Assembly: GCA_963749705.1 (NCBI GenBank) | Contig: CAVVNQ010000002.1 | Span: forward strand, 224,001-288,000 | Direction: 5' to 3' | Length of the DNA: 64,000 nucleotides | DNA from: an uncultured Chloroflexia bacterium | GTDB taxonomy: Bacteria > Chloroflexota > Limnocylindria > Limnocylindrales > CSP1-4 | Shown here: positions 18,367-26,740 of the stretch, piece by piece | Layout of the letters: every line of letters starts with the position of its first letter | Numbering within the stretch: position 1 is the stretch's first letter | Notes under the pieces: generated by a model | Database searches by the model: none | What the model saw: only the letters and a program-made list of their open reading frames with translations | What the model was told of the DNA's origin: nothing | Position numbers and translations under genes: made by a program

Positions 18367-19170
18367 TCACCCGAGCGCTCGCTGCCGTCGGGCTTCGTAC
18401 AGCAGGACGGCGACCGCGATCGAGACGTTGAGGCTGTCGGCGACCCCGAGCATCGGCAGCCGGACGCCCGTCACCGCGTCACCGTCCCAGGCCGCGCTCA
18501 GGCCGTCGGCCTCACTGCCCAGGATGAGGGCGACCGGACCACGCAGATCGACATCGGTGTAGACGGACAGCGCGTCGACGCGCGCCGCGATCAGCGCGAC
18601 CCCTTGTCCGGCCAGCCTGGCCCGAACGTCTGCGCTCGAGCCCGCGGCCACCGGGACGGCGAACATCGTGCCCAGCGATGCACGCACCGCGTTGGGGTTG
18701 AACAGGTCCGTGCGCGGATCTGCGGCGATCACGGCGTCGGCACCCGCCGCATCGGCTGTCCGCAGGACGGCGCCCAGGTTGCCCGGCTTCTCGACGCCTT
18801 CGACGACGACCACCAGCGGGTCATGGGGAAGGTGCAGCCCGTCGAGGGACAGATCCGGGATCCTGACCGTTGCCACCACGCCCTCGCCCCGGTCGCCGTA
18901 CGCCAGCCGGTCGAGGACCGTGCCGCTGACCACGGTCAGCGTCGCGCCGGCGGTCGTGGCAGCCGCAACCGCCGCATGCCCCGCCTCGCTGAGCCGTGTC
19001 TCGTCGACGAACACCTCGGCGACCCTCGCGCCGCCCTCCAACGCCCGCGACAGCTCGCGTGCGCCGTCAAGAAGCGTCAACCCGGCGCGCTCACGCGTCC
19101 GCCGGTCCCGAAGTGCGGCCGCGGCGCGGATCCGCGGGTTGCGAAGGCTCGAGATGGTGGGCTCGGTCAT
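18367..19170 (-). CDS. TrmH/SpoU family RNA 2'-O-methyltransferase
   Basis: ISSLRNPRI, VEKPGNLGAVLRTADAAG, LGSEADGL, PMLGVADSLNVS. Confidence 0.93.
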   Translation of the reverse strand: MTEPTISSLRNPRIRAAAALRDRRTRERAGLTLLDGARELSRALEGGARVAEVFVDETRLSEAGHAAVAAATTAGATLTVVSGTVLDRLAYGDRGEGVVATVRIPDLSLDGLHLPHDPLVVVVEGVEKPGNLGAVLRTADAAGADAVIAADPRTDLFNPNAVRASLGTMFAVPVAAGSSADVRARLAGQGVALIAARVDALSVYTDVDLRGPVALILGSEADGLSAAWDGDAVTGVRLPMLGVADSLNVSIAVAVLLYEARRQRALG

Positions 19171-19177
19171 CCGGCCG

Positions 19178-20011
19178 TCACCGCGGCTTCGTCCGGCCGG
19201 GATGGCGCGCCCAGCTGCCCGCGCGGAGCACGTTGCCCGTCCGCGCGACGAGCTCGAGATCCTCGCCCGCGGCATCGACCCCCAGGTGCTCCCGGAGCAA
19301 CGACGCGAGGCGCTCCCCGTCGAACCCCGGACTGTGCGCGCTGAGCACGGCCAGCCCCGGCCTCGGGCCGACCAGCGCGGCCAGGTCCTGGAGCAGGGGC
19401 TCGAGGTCCGTCTCGATCTGCCAGGCGCCGTTGCCGTGGCCGTACGTCGGCGGATCGAGCACCACGCCGTCGTAGTGGCGGCCGCGACGGCGCTCGCGCC
19501 GAACGAAGGCGCGGGCATCGTCCACGAGCCACCGGATCGGGCGGTCGGCGAGCGCGGACAGCTCGGCGTTGCGCCGCGCCCACGCGACGGCCGGGCGCGA
19601 GGCATCGACATGGGCCAGGCGCGCTCCGGCGCGCGCGCACGCGAGGGTGGCGCCACCCGTGTACGCGAACAGCGTCAGGATCTCGGCGGGGCGGCCGAGG
19701 CGCGTCCCGATATCGGCGATGGACCGCTCCAGCCAGGCCCACGTCGCGGCGTGCTCCGCGAACACGCCCACCTGGCCGCCGGCCGCGGGCCGGCATTCGA
19801 GCGTCAGGCCGGCGGCCTCCACCGTCCAGGGTGCGCGCTCACCGCCGCGCACCCAGCCACCACGCCCGAACACGAGCGGCGCGCGATGCCACTCGGTCTC
19901 GGGCAGGATCGGCGGCATGACCGCGCCCGGCGCCGGCCGGTCCACGACGACGGAGCCGAAGCGCTCGAGGCGCCGTCCGCCGCCACAGTCGAGAAGCTCC
20001 AGGTCCGCCAT
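19178..20011 (-). CDS. Class I SAM-dependent methyltransferase (RlmI/RlmK-like)
   Basis: LLDCGGGRRLERFG, QVGVFAEH, LTLFAYTGGAT, HVDAS, YDGVVLDPPTYG. Alternative start at 20020. Confidence 0.88.
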   Translation of the reverse strand: MADLELLDCGGGRRLERFGSVVVDRPAPGAVMPPILPETEWHRAPLVFGRGGWVRGGERAPWTVEAAGLTLECRPAAGGQVGVFAEHAATWAWLERSIADIGTRLGRPAEILTLFAYTGGATLACARAGARLAHVDASRPAVAWARRNAELSALADRPIRWLVDDARAFVRRERRRGRHYDGVVLDPPTYGHGNGAWQIETDLEPLLQDLAALVGPRPGLAVLSAHSPGFDGERLASLLREHLGVDAAGEDLELVARTGNVLRAGSWARHPGRTKPR

Positions 20012-20088
20012 CGGCCCCATCGTCGCATGCCGGTGGCCCGGCCTGTCGGCGGCCCGGCCGAGGGGCTGTGCTATCCTCCGCGCCCGAA

Positions 20089-20165
20089 GGGCGATTAGCT
20101 CAGCTGGTTAGAGCGCATGCTTGACATGCATGAGGTCACTGGTTCGAGTCCAGTATCGCCCACCA
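20089..20165 (+). tRNA. tRNA-Val(GAC)
   Basis: Acceptor GGGCGAT/ATCGCCC, D-arm GCTCAGCTGGTTAGAGC, anticodon arm CATGC-TTGACAT-GCATG, T-loop GGTTCGAGTCC, encoded ACCA. Extended -10 TGCTATCCT upstream. Confidence 0.98.
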
Positions 20166-20213
20166 TCCCCTGAGACCTGACGGCGTGCCGGCGTGCCCGA
20201 TGGCTCCCGCGGG

Positions 20214-21356
20214 TCAGCCTCGTCGTCGAGCGGACAGCCGCCGGGTGCGACGAGCCGCGAGCCACCCGGCCAGCACAACCCATGGCACGAGGAACAGGAC
20301 GGCGGCCGTGCCCGCAGCCTCCGCGGGCCGGGACGGCGCCGATGATGACGTCGGCGGGAGCGTGAACACCGGGCCGGGCGTGGTCCCGGCGGCGGTCACC
20401 GGCGAGCTCGGCCGGCTGGTCGGAGCGGCGGGCCGGCTGGTCGGAGCGGGACGGCTGGTCGGAGCGGCGGGCCGGCTGGTCGGCGGCGGCGTGGGCGTCG
20501 GCGGCAGCAGCGCCCCGGGCGGCAGGGCCCCGACGATCGCGCTGGGCGAGATGCTCCGGTCCTGGTTCTTGTTGCCCGACCCGTCGAGATTGAGCGTCCG
20601 CATGTGCCACGGTGAGCCCGAGACCTGCGAGGCGCCGTCGAGCGGGCCACCGTTCGCCCGGTTCCAGTAGTCGGACTGGCCCAGATGCCCGCCCCACGCG
20701 AGGAGGACCGCCGGCCCGGTGCTCCGGAACTGCACCACGATGTCGGCCGAGCTGTTGCCCGCGCTGGGCCCGGCGTGGGTCGGAACCGAGATGGACAGGA
20801 TGGTTGCGCCCCACGCGGTCAGGCGACGAGGCGATCCGGAGTAGCGTTCCGCCCCGGCTACCGACAGGCCGTCGGTGACGAATGGGTCGGATGGGAACGC
20901 GGCGGTCGACGGCGACGGGAGCGACGGGCACATCGATGAGATGCCACCGCCGGTGGGCGAGCAGACCTTCCCGGCAGCATTGGTCACGTTCCAGGTGGCG
21001 AGGAAGTCGTACGCCTTGTGGCCACCAGCGGTGAAGTCGTAGTTGATGTGGATCGTGTGGGTGCCCGCCGAGAGGCCCTCGATCGCGAGCCGGAAGGGGA
21101 CGATGCCGCCTTCCGGATAGCGCGAGTTGTTGCCGTTGAGGTTGCCGTTCTGCCACTGGAGCGCCGTGCTGGCCCACTGGTCGAGGTTGACCGTGGTGGC
21201 GGCCAGGACCGGCGAGGGACCGATCCCGATGGTCACCGCCGCAAGCGACATCGAGATCAGCGCGGTCGCGGCTGCCCTGGGCACGCGGGAGCTCCGCGCG
21301 GCGCCGGCACGTCGCGCGGATGAGGTCGGGGCCCCGAGCCTCGGGTGCCGCATCAT
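20214..21356 (-). CDS. Secreted/surface protein of unknown function with a Pro/Thr linker and LPPTS-TM-basic sorting signal
   Basis: Signal-like segment ending PVLA, globular domain WQNGNLNGNNSRYPEGGIVPFRL...GHKAYDFL...LAWGGHL...GSPWHMR, PTSRPAA repeats, TLPPTS, hydrophobic helix, RRTRRLSARRRG. Start codon uncertain. Confidence 0.75.
   Translation of the reverse strand: MMRHPRLGAPTSSARRAGAARSSRVPRAAATALISMSLAAVTIGIGPSPVLAATTVNLDQWASTALQWQNGNLNGNNSRYPEGGIVPFRLAIEGLSAGTHTIHINYDFTAGGHKAYDFLATWNVTNAAGKVCSPTGGGISSMCPSLPSPSTAAFPSDPFVTDGLSVAGAERYSGSPRRLTAWGATILSISVPTHAGPSAGNSSADIVVQFRSTGPAVLLAWGGHLGQSDYWNRANGGPLDGASQVSGSPWHMRTLNLDGSGNKNQDRSISPSAIVGALPPGALLPPTPTPPPTSRPAAPTSRPAPTSRPAAPTSRPSSPVTAAGTTPGPVFTLPPTSSSAPSRPAEAAGTAAVLFLVPWVVLAGWLAARRTRRLSARRRG
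20409..20490 (-). repeat. Coding minisatellite, four 18-21-nt units encoding PTSRPA(A)
   Basis: The + strand shows (GGC)CGGCTGGTCGGAGCGG(CG) repeated four times. Confidence 0.85.
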
Positions 21357-21666
21357 CGGACCGTGAGTCGCCAACGCATCGCCTCGCTCAGCGGGTTCGG
21401 CTGCTCACGGTGGGCGGCGGAGGTCAAGCCGTCGAGGATGACGAATCGCCTACGAAACCCACCGCAGTAGCCCGCAGTCAACCGGCCGATGCACCGATCG
21501 GAAAACTCCGGTGTGAGCGGTCAACGTGGCACGCGACGTCCGCCGGGCCTGCGCGGGACGGGGGAGGCGAATCGGCCGTGGTTGCGGGCAGCGACGCAGT
21601 CCCGGATACTGTCCCCGCGACACGGGGATCGCATGAAGGCTCCGGCCCACCGGAGACGGACATACA

Positions 21667-21911
21667 GCAACGCGTCGAGTGGGACGCGCCACACCGGGAC
21701 GTCACCAGAGAGCCGGGGCCATCGGCTGCAAGCCCCGACGGACCCGACCGGTGCCGGCACCACCCGCGAGCGGCCGGTGAACCGGTCCGGGATCCGCCCG
21801 TTAGCGCGGCTCGAGCGCACACCGCCGGGTCTTCCCGGCCGCGTGAAGGCGGGTGGAACCGCGGGAGGAACAACAGCCTCTCGTCCTGTCGGGACGAGAG
21901 GTTTCGTGTTT
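21667..21911 (+). promoter_or_regulatory. Thr T-box riboswitch (transcription attenuator) upstream of thrS
   Basis: Stem I has an AGAGA bulge and GCTG loop, with specifier ACC (Thr) at 21759-21761. T-box GGTGGAACCGCG at 21852-21863. Terminator CCTCTCGTCC/GGACGAGAGG followed by TTTCGTGTTT. Confidence 0.92.
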
Positions 21912-21927
21912 CCCAGGAGCGATTGAC

Positions 21928-23784
21928 ATGGCCGACGACCAGCAGCAACAGCAGGCGGACCAGCTCGAGGACGAGGACCTCGCCCTCGACGCACCGGAGC
22001 GGGGCTCGGCGGACGAGCTCCTCGACGCCGGAGCACACGCGCCGATCGACGCGATGCGGCACAGCGCCGCGCACGTGATGGCCGAAGCCGTGCTGGACCT
22101 GTTCCCGGGCACCCGCCTGGGGATCGGACCGGCCATCGCCAACGGCTTCTACTACGACTTCGACCTGCCGCGCCCGGTCACCCCGGACGACCTGTCGGCG
22201 ATCGAGGAGCGGATGCGAGCCAGCGTCGCCGCGGACCACCCGTTCACGCGCCGTGAGGTCGCCTTCGAGCAGGGCCGGGCCGAGGTGAAGGCAGCCGGCC
22301 AGCCATTCAAGGTCGAGATCCTCGACGACCTCGCCCGTGCCGCCGCGGAGTCGGCCAGCCCGATGCCGCCGGTGACGTTCTACGACCACGGGCCGTTCAG
22401 CGACCTGTGCAAGGGACCCCACGTGGCATCGACGGGAGAGATCGGGCCGTTCAAGCTGCTCGCGGTGTCCGGGGCGTACTGGCGGGGCGACCAGACCCGG
22501 CAGTCGCTGCAGCGCATCTACGGCACGGTGTGGGAGTCACAGGAGGAGCTCGATGCCTACCTGTGGCGCCGCGACGAGGCGCGCAAGCGCGACCATCGCA
22601 AGCTCGGCGTCCAGCTCGACCTGTTCAGCTTCCATGACGTGAGCCCCGGCTCGGCGTTCTGGCATCCCAAGGGCCAGCGGATCTGGCGCACCCTCGAGAC
22701 GGCGATGCGCGAGCTCCAGGACCGTCGCGGCTACCAGGAGGTCAGCACCCCGATCCTCGTCTCGGAGCGCCTGTGGCGGCAGTCGGGGCACTGGGACCAC
22801 TACGCCGAGAACATGTTCATCATCGAGAGCGAGGGGCAGCAGTTCAGCCTCAAGCCGATGAACTGCCCCGAGTCCACGTTCATCTACCGGTCCCGGCTGC
22901 GGTCGTACCGGGATCTCCCGCTCCGGCTGAGCGAGTACGGCCGGCTCCACCGCAACGAGCGGTCGGGAACGCTGTCAGGGCTGACCAGGGTCCGCCAGTT
23001 CATCCAGGACGACGGGCACATCTACCTTCGTCCGGACCAGCTGACGGCGGAGATCGAGGCGCTCCTGGGCGAGGTCCGCGAGGCGTTCGGCTGGTTCGGC
23101 ATGGAACCGCGCTTCGCGTTCGCGACCAAGCCGGACAAGGCGATCGGCGACCCGGCGCTGTGGGAGCTCGCCGAGCGGCTGACGATCGAGGCGTTCGCGG
23201 CGACCGACATCAGCTACCAGCTCAAGCCCAAGGACGGGACGTTCTACGCCCCCAAGATCGACATCTACATCGATGACGCGCTGGGTCGCGAGTGGCAGAT
23301 GGCGACCATCCAGATCGACCTGCAGATGCTGCCCGAGCGGTTCGACCTGACGTACATCGACGAGGACGGCCAGCCGAAGCGACCGATGGCGATCCATCGC
23401 GCGATCTACGGCTCGCTGGAGCGGTTCATCGGCATCCTGGTGGAGCACTTCGCGGGCGCGTTCCCGTTGTGGATCGCGCCGCTCCAGGTGGTGGTGATCC
23501 CCATCGCCGACCGTCACGTGGAGCCGGCCGAGGAGCTGGCCGCGGAGCTGCGCGGGTCCGGCGTCCGGTTCGTCGAGGTCGACGGGTCCGACAACCGGAT
23601 GCAGAACAAGATCCGGCTGGCGCAGGGCCAGAAGGTCCCGTACATGGTCATCCTCGGCGACCGCGAGGTCGAGGCGCGGACCGCGTCGGTCCGCCGGCGG
23701 GACGGTTCGCAGGAGCAGGGGATCGCCTGGAGCGACCTCGCCGCGCGCCTGGGCGACGAGATCCGGGAGCGCCGGCTGGAGTAG
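21928..23784 (+). CDS. thrS: Threonine--tRNA ligase
   Basis: RHSAAHVMA, DLCKGPHV, RDHRKLG, KPMNCP, HRNERSG, FYAPKID, IHRAIYGSLERF. AGGAG SD. Confidence 0.98.
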   Translation: MADDQQQQQADQLEDEDLALDAPERGSADELLDAGAHAPIDAMRHSAAHVMAEAVLDLFPGTRLGIGPAIANGFYYDFDLPRPVTPDDLSAIEERMRASVAADHPFTRREVAFEQGRAEVKAAGQPFKVEILDDLARAAAESASPMPPVTFYDHGPFSDLCKGPHVASTGEIGPFKLLAVSGAYWRGDQTRQSLQRIYGTVWESQEELDAYLWRRDEARKRDHRKLGVQLDLFSFHDVSPGSAFWHPKGQRIWRTLETAMRELQDRRGYQEVSTPILVSERLWRQSGHWDHYAENMFIIESEGQQFSLKPMNCPESTFIYRSRLRSYRDLPLRLSEYGRLHRNERSGTLSGLTRVRQFIQDDGHIYLRPDQLTAEIEALLGEVREAFGWFGMEPRFAFATKPDKAIGDPALWELAERLTIEAFAATDISYQLKPKDGTFYAPKIDIYIDDALGREWQMATIQIDLQMLPERFDLTYIDEDGQPKRPMAIHRAIYGSLERFIGILVEHFAGAFPLWIAPLQVVVIPIADRHVEPAEELAAELRGSGVRFVEVDGSDNRMQNKIRLAQGQKVPYMVILGDREVEARTASVRRRDGSQEQGIAWSDLAARLGDEIRERRLE

Positions 23785-23815
23785 GGGCGCTTAGGGGCGT
23801 GCTCGCCCCTCGGCC

Positions 23816-24027
23816 ATCGCCGGCACCGAACGAAATCGGCGCGAGGTGGGGTTCAGGGCCGCTCGACGACGGTGCTCGGCCCGCCGCGATCGCCACCAGC
23901 GAACGAAATCGGCGTGAACCTGCCCAACCGCGTGTCCAGCAACGGCTACGATCGCCACCGCCGAACGCAGGGCTTCGGACGGGGCGACATCGCGGTCCTG
24001 CGCCCCAAAGTGTTCGCTGGCAGCGAT
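23816..24027. repeat. Intergenic REP/BIME-like repeat cluster (three direct copies, one inverted)
   Basis: ATCGCCGGCACCGAACGAAATCGGCGCGA (23816), ATCGCCACCAGCGAACGAAATCGGCGTGA (23889), partial ATCGCCACCGCCGAACG (23951), inverted GTTCGCTGGCAGCGAT (24012). Confidence 0.7.
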
Positions 24028-24253
24028 CGAGCGCTGCGTCCGCGCACGGCGTGCGGCAGCTCCGGGGGCGGTGTCTCGGGAGGGCTTCGCGGTCGTCCCC
24101 GCGGCGGTTTCGCAGGGCCCGCGGAGCGCCCGCGGAGGGGTCGCCATTCGTTGCGACCGTTCGAAACCCTGTGCTATTCTCCCGCGGCGGCTGCGTAGGG
24201 CGCTGAGCGTGCGCGCCGCGAATCTGACACCTCGAAACAAAGGGAACCACGAC

Positions 24254-24994
24254 ATCAGCCGAGACCTGCGCATCAACCAGATGATCCGTGTACCCCAGGT
24301 CCGGGTCCTCGACGAAGATGGCTCACAGCTCGGCGTCATGCCGACGCAGCAGGCCTTGGCGATGGCGCAGGAGCGTGGACTCGATCTCGTGGAGGTCGCG
24401 CCCACCGCGGCGCCCCCGGTCGTCAAGTTCCTCGACTTTGGTCAGTACAAGTACGAGCTGACCAAGCGCGAGAAGGAGGCGAAGCGGAAGCAGCGCTCGG
24501 TGGAGTTCAAGGAGGTCCGCCTGACGCCGAAGATCGGCGTGGGTGACTTCGACACCAAGGTCCATCGAGCGATCGAGTTCCTCGAGGACGGCGACCGGCT
24601 CAAGGTCACGGTCCGCTTCCGCGGTCGGGAGCTGACCCACCCGGAGATCGGACGGAAGCTCCTCGCGAGGTTCGGCGACGCGGTCAAGGATCACGGGACC
24701 GTGGACCGCATGCCGGCGCTCGAAGGAAAGTCCATGTTCATGACGCTCGCCTCGCTGCACAAGCCGCGGGTCCACGAGCACAAGATCGCCGGGGCGCGGT
24801 CCGACGGCGAGAGCCCGGCGGCAGACGCCCAGCCCGATCGGGATCGACCGGAGGGCGCTGCCGCGGCACCGTCCCCGGCAACGCCGGAAGCCCCCGTCAC
24901 AGCACCGCCGGCGGCAACGCCGGCAGCCCAGTCCGTACCCGAACCGACGCCTGCTGCCGCTCCCGCGGCCGAGGCGACGCCAGCAGGAGAGTGA
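24254..24994 (+). CDS. infC: Translation initiation factor IF-3 (non-canonical ATC start)
   Basis: LRINQMIRVPQVRVL, GLDLVEVAP, DFGQYKYE, KEVRL, KVTVRFRGRE. SD AAAGGGA precedes the in-frame ATC at 24254. Extended -10 TGCTATTCT at 24172-24180. Confidence 0.93.
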   Translation: MSRDLRINQMIRVPQVRVLDEDGSQLGVMPTQQALAMAQERGLDLVEVAPTAAPPVVKFLDFGQYKYELTKREKEAKRKQRSVEFKEVRLTPKIGVGDFDTKVHRAIEFLEDGDRLKVTVRFRGRELTHPEIGRKLLARFGDAVKDHGTVDRMPALEGKSMFMTLASLHKPRVHEHKIAGARSDGESPAADAQPDRDRPEGAAAAPSPATPEAPVTAPPAATPAAQSVPEPTPAAAPAAEATPAGE

Positions 24995-25001
24995 GGCCCG
25001 C

Positions 25002-25199
25002 GTGCCCAAGATCAAGACCCACAAGGGGACGCAGAAGCGCGTCACCGTCACCGGCACCGGGAAGTTCGTCCGCGTGAAGTCATGGCGCGGCCATCATCTC
25101 GAGATCAAGTCCTCGCGCCGGACGCGTCGCTACGCGGGCAAGGCAGTCGTGGGCCCCGAGCACCAGGAGCAGCTTCGCCGGCTCCTGCCGTACCTCTAG
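25002..25199 (+). CDS. rpmI: 50S ribosomal protein L35
   Basis: MPKIKTHKGTQKRVTVTGTGK...RRLLPYL, located between infC and rplT. Confidence 0.97.
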   Translation: MPKIKTHKGTQKRVTVTGTGKFVRVKSWRGHHLEIKSSRRTRRYAGKAVVGPEHQEQLRRLLPYL

Positions 25200-25208
25200 G
25201 AGCGATCG

Positions 25209-25559
25209 ATGGCACGCGTCAAGCGGGGCGTCACCGCCCACAAACGGCACAAGCGGCTCCTCGACGGCGCCGAGGGCCGCAAGGGAACCAATCGCAAGCT
25301 CGTCAAGCGCGCGCGCGAATCGACGCTGCACGCGCTTGCGTACGCCACCCGGGACCGGAAGCAGCGCAAGCGCGACATGCGGGAGCTGTGGATCATCCGC
25401 ATCAACGCCGCCGCCCGGATCAACGGGATCACCTACGCCAAGCTGATCGCCGGCCTCAAGAAGGCGGGCGTCGGCCTGGATCGCAAGATCCTCGCTGACC
25501 TTGCCGTTCGCGATGCCGCGACCTTCGGCCGGATCGCCGAGGTCGCGCGCGGCGCCTGA
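25209..25559 (+). CDS. rplT: 50S ribosomal protein L20
   Basis: MARVKRGV...[26 protein letters not shown]...[11 protein letters not shown]. Confidence 0.98.
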   Translation: MARVKRGVTAHKRHKRLLDGAEGRKGTNRKLVKRARESTLHALAYATRDRKQRKRDMRELWIIRINAAARINGITYAKLIAGLKKAGVGLDRKILADLAVRDAATFGRIAEVARGA

Positions 25560-25699
25560 CCCGCCCGCCGGATGCGCCTCGACGTGCTGCCCAGGCTCGT
25601 CGCAGCGCCGATCCCGACCCTCGACGTCGCCGACGCTCGGGGGTTCGTGATTCACGGGGACTGACCACCCCGACCGTAGCGCCAGGACCACCGCCACCC

Positions 25700-26740
25700 A
25701 TGGAACTCGCCCAGCTCACCCAGGACCTCGAGGCGCTGCGATCGCACGCGGTCGAAGCCGCCGGCGCATCGCGCGATACCGCCGCGCTCGACGCGCTCGA
25801 GGTCGAGGTGCTGGGCAAGAAGGGCGGGCTGACCGCGATCCTGCGCGGGATCGGCGGGCTGCCGGCGGAGGACCGGCCGAAGGTCGGAGCGATCGCAAAC
25901 GAGGTGAGGACGGCCGTCGAGGCGGCCGTCGCCAGCGCCCGGACGCGGCTGGGGAGCGCGGAGCTTGCGGCTCGGCTCGCCGCCGAGGCGGTCGACGTCA
26001 CCACGCCGGGACGCCCGATCCATCGCGGCAGCCTGCACCCGATCGTCGAGACGGCTCGCGAGATCGCCCAGGTGTTCGCCCAGTTCGGGTTCGTCGTCTA
26101 CGAGGGGCCCGAGATCGAGGACGACCTCACCAACTTCCAGATGCTCAACATCCCGCCGGACCATCCGGCGCGGGACCTGTGGGACACGCTGTACCTCGAC
26201 ATCGAGGGCCGGCTGCTGCGGACCCACACGAGTCCCGGCCAGATCCGCGTGATGCACCAGGAGCGGCCGCCGATCCGGGCGCTGCTGCCCGGTCGCTGCT
26301 TCCGGTACGAGGCCGTCGACGCGAGCCACGCGTCGGAGTTCTTCCAGGTCGAGGGCCTGATGGTCGACGAGGGAACCTCGATGGCGGACCTCAAGGGGCT
26401 GCTTGACCAGTTTGCGCACGCGATGTTCGGCGCCGATCGTGCGACCCGGTTCCGCCCCGGCTACTACCCGTTCACCGAGCCGTCGGTCGCGTTCGACATC
26501 CTGTGCGTGATCTGCAACGGCGAGAAGTGCCCGGCGTGCTCGCGCACGGGCTGGATGACGATCCTGGGCGCGGGCATGGTCCATCCGGTCGTGCTGCGCT
26601 ACGGCGGGATCGATCCCGAGCGCTACCAGGGGTTCGCGTTCGGGATGGGCGTCGACCGGATCGCGAACCTGCGCCATGCGGTCGGCGACCTGCGGCTGTA
26701 CACGGAGAACGACCTCCGGTTCCTGGCGGCCTTCCGATGA
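25700..26740 (+). CDS. pheS: Phenylalanine--tRNA ligase alpha subunit
   Basis: GSLHP, HPARDLWDT, LLRTHTSPGQIR, FRPGYYPFTEPS, GFAFGMGVDR. Confidence 0.98.
   Translation: MELAQLTQDLEALRSHAVEAAGASRDTAALDALEVEVLGKKGGLTAILRGIGGLPAEDRPKVGAIANEVRTAVEAAVASARTRLGSAELAARLAAEAVDVTTPGRPIHRGSLHPIVETAREIAQVFAQFGFVVYEGPEIEDDLTNFQMLNIPPDHPARDLWDTLYLDIEGRLLRTHTSPGQIRVMHQERPPIRALLPGRCFRYEAVDASHASEFFQVEGLMVDEGTSMADLKGLLDQFAHAMFGADRATRFRPGYYPFTEPSVAFDILCVICNGEKCPACSRTGWMTILGAGMVHPVVLRYGGIDPERYQGFAFGMGVDRIANLRHAVGDLRLYTENDLRFLAAFR

Noticed and set aside
20166-21600. Integrative element at tRNA-Val
   Set aside because: No integrase, no duplicated tRNA 3' end and no obvious compositional shift.
21420-21600. Riboswitch (c-di-GMP or c-di-AMP) ahead of the surface protein gene
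   Set aside because: Only a short CCGCAGT direct repeat and one hairpin are visible. No recognisable aptamer consensus on either strand.
23816-23967. CRISPR array (29-nt repeats with 44- and 33-nt gaps)
   Set aside because: Only two full copies with four mismatches, a partial third and an inverted fourth. No cas genes or AT-rich leader.
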